Notes under the pieces: generated by a model
Databases searched by the model: none
Told to the model about the DNA's origin: nothing
What the model saw: the letters and a program-made list of their open reading frames with translations, nothing else
Assembly: GCA_902798205.1 (NCBI GenBank)
Contig: CADBVV010000002.1
Span: 2,056-66,055 of the forward strand
Direction of reading: 5' to 3'
Source of the DNA: an uncultured Pseudomonadota bacterium
GTDB taxonomy: Bacteria; Pseudomonadota; Alphaproteobacteria; Rs-D84
Length of the DNA: 64,000 nt
Shown here: piece after piece, positions 57,784 to 64,000 of the stretch
How positions within the stretch are numbered: position 1 is the first letter of the stretch
Layout of the letters: the number at the start of each line of letters is the position of its first letter
Position numbers and translations under genes: made by a program

Positions 57784-58108
57784 CTAAAAAAAACTTGTAA
57801 TTTAAGTCCTGTGCATTTAACAAAGCTGACTTTAATCAGTTCGTCTTTACATATTATATATTCGCAAGACAAGTTTTTAACGAGGTTATATTTTAACCTA
57901 CTACCTGTCTAGGATATGCACATTTGACTTAGTCAAAGTTTGGATATTCCAAATTCAACTGTCTGCATATCTCTTCTTGAACAGATTTTTGAAACTTATC
58001 AAAAATCATTTTGATGAGCTGCTTTTATTAACAATGTTGTGATTTCTTATCACTGAATTTCAGAGGTTACAACCTTTTATCTATATGGTCGCAACTTAAA
58101 GCCCGGTT

Positions 58109-58137
58109 ATTATGTGTTTGAAGTCTGAAAAAGTCAA
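58109..58137 (-). promoter_or_regulatory. Candidate rRNA operon sigma-70 promoter with an A/T-rich upstream (UP-like) tract
   Basis: On the minus strand: TTGACT (58137..58132), a 17-nt spacer, then CATAAT (58114..58109). It is preceded by gaaaattatttttgaaaaat and lies about 325 nt upstream of the mature 16S 5' end. Confidence 0.45.
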
Positions 58138-58305
58138 GCGATTTTTCAAAAATAATTTTCAAAAAAAGTAAAAAAATTCAAAAAGTCCGGAAATCCGGCA
58201 TTTTATTTCATTGATTTTTTCAAAAAATTTTTTTGTGATGCTTAAAAAAGAACAAAAAACGATTCGAACAAACCCGATTCGACCCCGAATCGAACGATTC
58301 GTATT

Positions 58306-58340
58306 TGAAAAAACCGCCCAAAAGGGCGGTAATTTTTTTA
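58306..58340 (-). terminator. Rho-independent terminator after the OM beta-barrel gene
   Basis: On the minus strand: ACCGCCCttttGGGCGGTtttttt. Confidence 0.7.
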
Positions 58341-59231
58341 AAACCTATACATTAATCCTATTTTTACCAACGGAACATATGGATATTTATCCAATTCCTT
58401 TTTAGCATCTGCAATTGCCTTATCATGTGCCTCTTGCAATGCTGCTTCCACAACGGCATTACCAGTTATTTGGTCTTTCAAACCTGTGATTGGCACATTT
58501 ATATCTATGTCTGCAGATTTATTAGCAAAAACAACACCCGCATCAAAGTAAAGTTTCAAGCCTGCAATCAAACCAAAATCAAAACCAGCACCAAGGTAAG
58601 GTCCATTATATTTCCAATTCAATTTTGATGTACCTTTCATTTCACCTTCGTAATAATATTTTTCACCACCGATTTCGAAATTGAATCTGCCCGCGTCATT
58701 ATTCGCAAAAATATCAGCATTTAAATCAAGATTACCAGTAAAGTAACCACCGCTTACACGCAATCCGCCCAAGAACCAGGTATCGCCGAATGGGTAAAAG
58801 TCAACCATTGCGCCAAAATGATTTCCATTCACATTAACATTGTTTAATTTAAGATCATCATAAATCTTATAACCGTCATTATTTGAAACCTTGGATGTAT
58901 CTTTTCTTATCAGCGAATAAGATGCAAAATCTAAACGGAAACCGAATCGTTTCCACCAGAAAGAATCAAACTTTTTATTATTATAACCAACAAACCCATT
59001 TAAACCAGATGTTGCCGATACACCAATTCCCAATTGCAAACCGCGTGGAAACTTTGTTTCAGGATTTGAATATTTTGTTGTTTGTTTAACAATTGGTTGT
59101 TCAAATTGTTGAGAATATTGTTCAACAACATTTGTTTCACCTTGTTTTGCGTCAACCGTTGCAATATTTGTTTCTGCAAATGCAGGTAAAGTCAAAACAG
59201 ACAACATAGATATGATGGAAATTTTTTTCAT
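58338..59231 (-). CDS. Outer-membrane beta-barrel protein (OmpA-beta-barrel/porin-like family)
   Basis: 297 aa with signal peptide MKKISIISMLSVLTLPAFA. It shows the alternating aromatic/Gly-rich beta-strand pattern and the C-terminal ..KIGLMYRF, with the terminal Phe of the OMP signature. Confidence 0.75.
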   Translation of the reverse strand: MKKISIISMLSVLTLPAFAETNIATVDAKQGETNVVEQYSQQFEQPIVKQTTKYSNPETKFPRGLQLGIGVSATSGLNGFVGYNNKKFDSFWWKRFGFRLDFASYSLIRKDTSKVSNNDGYKIYDDLKLNNVNVNGNHFGAMVDFYPFGDTWFLGGLRVSGGYFTGNLDLNADIFANNDAGRFNFEIGGEKYYYEGEMKGTSKLNWKYNGPYLGAGFDFGLIAGLKLYFDAGVVFANKSADIDINVPITGLKDQITGNAVVEAALQEAHDKAIADAKKELDKYPYVPLVKIGLMYRF

Positions 59232-59340
59232 TTGTAATCCTTTGTGTGAATCTATTCATAATTATAAAGATTTGATTAAAGTCACACAACAATAAATTTT
59301 TTATTTAAAACATGCCTTTTTTGTGATAAAATTAACAATT

Positions 59341-60135
59341 ATGAAAAGCAAAATATCTTTTTTGGCAATTTTGGCCATTGCGTTAAATGTAAATTACGTT
59401 TGCGCATCTGAATGTGTTGATGATGATTGTGAATTGGTATCCGAAGAAATTTCGGAAATATTGGTTCCGGCACAACACGAAATAAATTGGACTTTGCCGT
59501 CACAGACAATTGTCGAAACAGAACAAACATGTTATTACGATTATAATTGTCCATTTGAAAGCGCAGACGAATGTGCAATTTGGTATAAAAAGCCTGCATA
59601 TAAAACAACAGTGGCACCACGCGCACCACACATCAATCCATTCCGCGTTGACGATATGATATATGCAATATATTCTGGTGTGGACGCAAACAATCCAATT
59701 ATGTCACCATTGGTTGAAAGATATAATATGTTAATGAATGCAAGTGATGCATGTTGCACATCTGGTATAATATATAAAATGCGTCAAAACGGTGCAGATG
59801 ATAAAGCCGTATATGAATTCTTGAAAGACGATGCAAATTATTTTGCCGTAATGAAACGTTGTTTGGTTATGGACGATGAAGATATTGCACCAAAATATTC
59901 AAATGGTGTTGATGGTCAAATGGTTGCAGATGTTCGCAATGCGTGTTTATGTAAAAATCAACAATGGTTCAATGCTTTGTTACAACCATTTAACGATATA
60001 TATGAACGTGTCCCAGAATTTAAATCTGCACAATTTATATACACATTCACAGACGGCCTGCAACGCAATATAGATGTATCTGTAAATTCAGACGTTCAAA
60101 AGGCAATCGGAATGTTGTCTGTATGTCCAAAATAA
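59341..60135 (+). CDS. Hypothetical secreted cysteine-rich protein
   Basis: About 264 aa from MKSKISFLAILAIALNVNYVCA; the track ORF starts at 59323. Cys-rich (..SECVDDDCE.., ..CYYDYNCPFESADEC.., ..ACCTSG.., ..ACLCKN..). No family recognised. Confidence 0.6.
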   Translation: MKSKISFLAILAIALNVNYVCASECVDDDCELVSEEISEILVPAQHEINWTLPSQTIVETEQTCYYDYNCPFESADECAIWYKKPAYKTTVAPRAPHINPFRVDDMIYAIYSGVDANNPIMSPLVERYNMLMNASDACCTSGIIYKMRQNGADDKAVYEFLKDDANYFAVMKRCLVMDDEDIAPKYSNGVDGQMVADVRNACLCKNQQWFNALLQPFNDIYERVPEFKSAQFIYTFTDGLQRNIDVSVNSDVQKAIGMLSVCPK

Positions 60136-60162
60136 AAAACACCCAAACGGGTGTTTTTTTTA
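60134..60162. terminator. Bidirectional terminator between the convergent genes at 59341..60135 and lpxD
   Basis: aaaaaaCACCCaaacGGGTGtttttttt. Confidence 0.7.
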
Positions 60163-61215
60163 ATTTTTCTTGTCTTTTTCCATTTGTTTTTTTACCCATG
60201 CATAATTACGGAAAAATTCTATACCTGGCCCCGCAGGCATCCCCATCCATTTTTCACCATTTGGAATTGAACGGAATACACCACTGTTGGCCCCGATTTC
60301 AACATCGTCACCAATTTTCAAACCGTTTGAAATACCAACATGTCCGCCCAACAAACTTCTGTCACCAATTGTTGTTCCGCCAGCGATACCAACACCCGCT
60401 GCCAAGAAGCATTCTTTACCAATTACAACACCATGTGCAATTTGGCAAAGGTTATCTATCTTGGTACCTTCACCGACAATTGTATCTGTCATTGCACCAC
60501 GGTCGATACAGGTATTAGAACCCACAGAAACACGATTTCCCAACACAACACGTCCAGTATGTGGAATAAACACATTTTTACCGTTTTGACGCGTATAACC
60601 AAAACCGTTTTTGCCGATAACAGCATTTGCATTTATAACACAATCAGAACCAATTGTTGCATTTTCAATATGTGCCCCGGAATAAACAACGGTATTTGCA
60701 CCCAAAACAACATTACGACCAATAAAAGCACCGGGATAAATTTTTACCCCTTCTTCCAAAACGGCCCCCTTTTCCACAGTGGCATATTGTCCGATATAAT
60801 TTGTGCGTTTTTTGCGAAAGAAAACACCACGTTCCACAGTTGCAAAATAAGACACACCAAAACGTGGTTTTTCTGCATAAATTTCACCCAAAATTTTAAC
60901 GATATTTCCACGTGGTGAATCAGTGATTAAAAGCGTTGCGCCCTTTGGTGCGTCGCCTATTTGTTCCTTCTGCAAAAGAATTACAGATGCACGTGTTTTT
61001 TGCAAAACCTCAATCGGTAAAATCTTAAAAGCATTGGAATTTCTTTCGGTTGAATAAAATGCCAATTGTCCGGGTTTGGCATCCGCAATTGGTGCAACGC
61101 CACTGACAACAACTTTTTCATCGCCCTTTAATTCCAGACCGAATTTTTTGGCCAATTCCCCGGCGGTAATTTTAATTCCGCGCGGACCGAAAATTTTACG
61201 CAATAAATCTTTCAT
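60160..61215 (-). CDS. lpxD: UDP-3-O-acylglucosamine N-acyltransferase LpxD
   Basis: 351 aa. An N-terminal uridine-binding-like domain is followed by a long run of left-handed beta-helix hexapeptide repeats (..IGSDCVINANAVIG.., ..VVLGNRVSVGSNTCID.., ..VVIGKECFLAAGVGIAG..). Confidence 0.88.
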   Translation of the reverse strand: MKDLLRKIFGPRGIKITAGELAKKFGLELKGDEKVVVSGVAPIADAKPGQLAFYSTERNSNAFKILPIEVLQKTRASVILLQKEQIGDAPKGATLLITDSPRGNIVKILGEIYAEKPRFGVSYFATVERGVFFRKKRTNYIGQYATVEKGAVLEEGVKIYPGAFIGRNVVLGANTVVYSGAHIENATIGSDCVINANAVIGKNGFGYTRQNGKNVFIPHTGRVVLGNRVSVGSNTCIDRGAMTDTIVGEGTKIDNLCQIAHGVVIGKECFLAAGVGIAGGTTIGDRSLLGGHVGISNGLKIGDDVEIGANSGVFRSIPNGEKWMGMPAGPGIEFFRNYAWVKKQMEKDKKN

Positions 61216-61283
61216 GAATTAATCCTTTCGTTTTGATTTGATTATAGATATAAAAAAAACGAAAGGCAAAAGTTTTTTTAATT

Positions 61284-61312
61284 AAAAAAACCGCCCGGGT
61301 GGGCGGTTTAAT
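61284..61312 (-). terminator. Rho-independent terminator after cysteine-rich protein gene 4
   Basis: On the minus strand: AACCGCCCacccGGGCGGTTttttttt. Confidence 0.7.
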
Positions 61313-61325
61313 ATTTGGTTTTGTA

Positions 61326-64000
61326 TTATTCAATTGTGAAAGATATCACGTCACCATAAGAACCCAATTCTTCGGCCCCCAGATAACATTGGATATGTTC
61401 ACCGATTTCTTCCATCCATTCGGCAATTGCGGCATTTTCAGCCTTTTCATATTTAGCCTTTAATACAGATGCTGTGATACCGGCACCCAATGCACCACCT
61501 GCAAGTGTGGTAGCAATTGGAATCGCAATACGTGCGGCTTTATTTTCTGAAATATCATTTCCACCATTATCAGAAGCATTCTCACAAGAAGATTTGATAA
61601 AACTCGCCTTTCCTTCTATTGATTCTGGCGTTGCTGCATCAGCAACCGCAGGACATGCCTTATCCTTATCATTATCAGAAGTAACAACGTTATCACACAT
61701 ATTTTTTGCCGCATTCAAAGAATCCTTAGCAGAATTTATATAAGCATCTTTTTGATCGCCAGTTAATCCTACGGTGGCAGCTTTTTGGGCATAACTAATT
61801 GCATTATTAGCATATGAAATACATGATGATTTTCTCTGTTTTTGATCTGATTTGTTATTTGATTTATTCAGCCATTTTCCCAATACGCCAGATTCTGTCA
61901 AACCTGTACCTATAGCACCACCGGCCAATGCAGGTGCAATAGTGCCCCATGCATACGCAATTTTTTCTTGTGTTGAACCTTCGCCAGCATCTTTACGTGC
62001 TTTTTCACCAACTTCTTTTGTGATTTTTTCTAATGTTTTCTTGTCGATCCAAGAACCACATGTAAATGCATCACCCACAGCGAAATATGCGGTTGCTTTG
62101 TCACCCAAAACTTCTTGGATTGCACGATCATCAGATGTGACGGTTATACGTGCACGACAGAACGAACCATACAAATCATTTGATGCCTTGAATTGTTTTG
62201 TGGTTAAACCCTTCATATTATAATTCTTTGGGATTTTATTAGAATTCAATTTTACCCACATAAATGTTGAACCGTTTTCTGCGGCACCCATAATACCACC
62301 ATTGTTTTGTGCCAAACATGTATTTTGTTCTTTTGTAAGTTTGGCATTGTATTTTGCCTGAACTTCTTTTTCTACATTTGCCAACAATTCTTGGAACAAA
62401 GTTTTACCAGCATTTTCTAAAATATATTCAGAATATGTAATATATTTAGGTTCTGTATATATACAACCTTTGTCATCAATTACGGCTATACAATCTTCTT
62501 GACCTTCTTCTGCTTTTTTTATAGTTCCTTCCGGACAATTTTCTGTTGCATTCGCTTCACTTATAGAACAATACGCCAATTTACTTTCTTGTGGTGTTTT
62601 TGTTGTGTTTGCACCCAACCATGCTTCACGCACAGAATCATAACGTTTTGATGTCGTAACATCATTTTCCGTTACGTCATGATACCAACTTTGTGTATCT
62701 TTCTCTCTGCGTGTTTTGTTTGCGGCGATTTTTAAATGTTCTTCGCAAACAGATGAAGATGAAACAGTGTTCATGCACAACCCCATAACGATGTTATAAT
62801 CAAGAACACCACCAACTTTGTTCATGCTTCTATCAAGCGCTTTGTTATTTGTATCATAAGATCCAGCAATTATATCTGTTCTGTTGCGATAGCAATATTC
62901 ATAATCTGTTCCGCACATAGATTTCACGCAAGCCAACGCAGTTGTTTGACATTGTTTTTTCAATTTTTCAATTGCTGCATCATTATACGATGTTGCCAAC
63001 AAAGAATTCAAATATGCAACCGCACCAATTGGATCCCCACCTTTTGTTGCAGTTGGGAACAATGTATCAAAAGCTTTGTCATTTATATAAGAATAATTAT
63101 AACCATTGGCATCTAATGCAGTTGCCGCATAAATACAATTCTGATCTGTATTTACAATCGCAGCACACCCAGATTTAATATCATTATATGGCGCACCGTT
63201 TATCTTGATTTCCGAAGTTTGATTCTTTCTTCTAATACCCTGAATTTCTGGACCTTTTGCATCATTATAACACACAGAACCAATACCGCCACCGCAAGAA
63301 CGCATTGCACAAGATGTAATTGTATCAACACAAGCATCTTTTGCTTCGGTATCAAATTTCTTTAATTCTTCTTGGATTTTAACATTTACCAATTCTTTGC
63401 GTGCACCATAAGCCATAGAAAATACATCTTCTTGTAATTCAAGATTCATTAAATCTTTTTCTTGTGGTTTATGTTCACGATATGTCATATGGCAATATCT
63501 GTTTGTTCCAATCGTTTCCAAACATTGAGCCTTTAACATTTTACGAATTTCTGTTCCTGTGATAACAGCAGTATCATCACCGTCCCTGATATAACCATCC
63601 GCCGTATGTTTCAACGTTGTTGTTGTTGTGTTTTCACCAGCAGACGCACTGCCTATGAAATCAGCAGCGTTTATTGTTTTCATCGAAGTTCCTTCGACAC
63701 AACGCCATGGGTTTTTAAGACATGCGCTGACCAAACAGTTATCTGTCACCCTTTGGCAAGTTTTAACCGCATTCATTGCCGCCAATTGTTGTCCATCTTC
63801 GATCATAGATTTCAATCTTGCATCATCGCCAGATGGTTTTAATGCAGCAGCGTTTTCAACAGAACCAAACAATTCTTTTTTACCATCGTTGTCACAACGT
63901 GCCAATGTTGATGCACACAAAACAGCCTGTTTTTTGAATTCGCGTGGTGTTGTACACAATTCAAAATCAGAACCACAAATATCATCACGATTCAAACAGT
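61326..64000 (-). CDS. Large cysteine-rich protein, family member 4. Partial: the 5' end lies beyond the window. Two Gly-zipper hydrophobic segments sit near the C-terminus.
   Basis: More than 889 aa are open to the window edge. The track's start is a TTG at 63995 and the frame stays open upstream, so no signal peptide is visible. Many Cys pairs (..CQRVTDNCLVSACLKNPWRC.., ..CQTTALACVKSMCGTDYEYC..). Gly-zipper segments are WGTIAPALAGGAIGTGL and IPIATTLAGGALGAGITA. Confidence 0.7.
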   Translation of the reverse strand, partial: CLNRDDICGSDFELCTTPREFKKQAVLCASTLARCDNDGKKELFGSVENAAALKPSGDDARLKSMIEDGQQLAAMNAVKTCQRVTDNCLVSACLKNPWRCVEGTSMKTINAADFIGSASAGENTTTTTLKHTADGYIRDGDDTAVITGTEIRKMLKAQCLETIGTNRYCHMTYREHKPQEKDLMNLELQEDVFSMAYGARKELVNVKIQEELKKFDTEAKDACVDTITSCAMRSCGGGIGSVCYNDAKGPEIQGIRRKNQTSEIKINGAPYNDIKSGCAAIVNTDQNCIYAATALDANGYNYSYINDKAFDTLFPTATKGGDPIGAVAYLNSLLATSYNDAAIEKLKKQCQTTALACVKSMCGTDYEYCYRNRTDIIAGSYDTNNKALDRSMNKVGGVLDYNIVMGLCMNTVSSSSVCEEHLKIAANKTRREKDTQSWYHDVTENDVTTSKRYDSVREAWLGANTTKTPQESKLAYCSISEANATENCPEGTIKKAEEGQEDCIAVIDDKGCIYTEPKYITYSEYILENAGKTLFQELLANVEKEVQAKYNAKLTKEQNTCLAQNNGGIMGAAENGSTFMWVKLNSNKIPKNYNMKGLTTKQFKASNDLYGSFCRARITVTSDDRAIQEVLGDKATAYFAVGDAFTCGSWIDKKTLEKITKEVGEKARKDAGEGSTQEKIAYAWGTIAPALAGGAIGTGLTESGVLGKWLNKSNNKSDQKQRKSSCISYANNAISYAQKAATVGLTGDQKDAYINSAKDSLNAAKNMCDNVVTSDNDKDKACPAVADAATPESIEGKASFIKSSCENASDNGGNDISENKAARIAIPIATTLAGGALGAGITASVLKAKYEKAENAAIAEWMEEIGEHIQCYLGAEELGSYGDVISFTIE

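Overview
Most of the window (about 1.84 to 64 kb) is an AT-rich chromosome segment, by eye about one-third GC, from a Gram-negative bacterium. The envelope genes support that call: lpxD, a TolC/RND efflux operon, a PagL-like gene and outer-membrane barrels. The 16S sequence, the Cys-free L31 and the tandem VirB6-like genes suggest a host-associated alphaproteobacterium, but that is inference and no search was run.

Housekeeping content:
- gyrA, valS, mraY-ftsW-murG, a class A PBP, lpxD, uvrD, dnaQ, rplU-rpmA, rpmE, rpmH and comF.
- A marR-tolC-adaptor-RND operon.
- tRNA-Gln and tRNA-Glu.
- A complete minus-strand rRNA operon: 16S, tRNA-Ile, 23S, 5S.
- Hairpin terminators of the AAAACCGCC/GGCGGTTTT type after many genes.

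The first ~1.83 kb is compositionally foreign and GC-rich. It carries a Bacteroidota-like GH10 xylanase that is missing from the ORF track, and it abuts a truncated rmuC-like remnant. This is either a chimeric join or a recent insertion.

Most interesting observations:
1. Five tandem paralogous polytopic membrane proteins (30.7-37.4 kb) look TrbL/VirB6-like but have no other type IV secretion genes nearby.
2. Four very large secreted proteins (40.2-48.7 kb and 61.3-64 kb) are cysteine-rich, with shared Cys motifs, Arg-rich or Gln-rich low-complexity segments and EGF-like C-terminal repeats. I cannot assign them to any family.
3. A cluster of small paralogous proteins beside the rRNA operon (50.7-52.8 kb) all end in a conserved K[VI]R C-terminus.

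Several GC-rich structured intergenic elements, repeated promoter and leader sequences, and degenerate or decayed genes are also noted.
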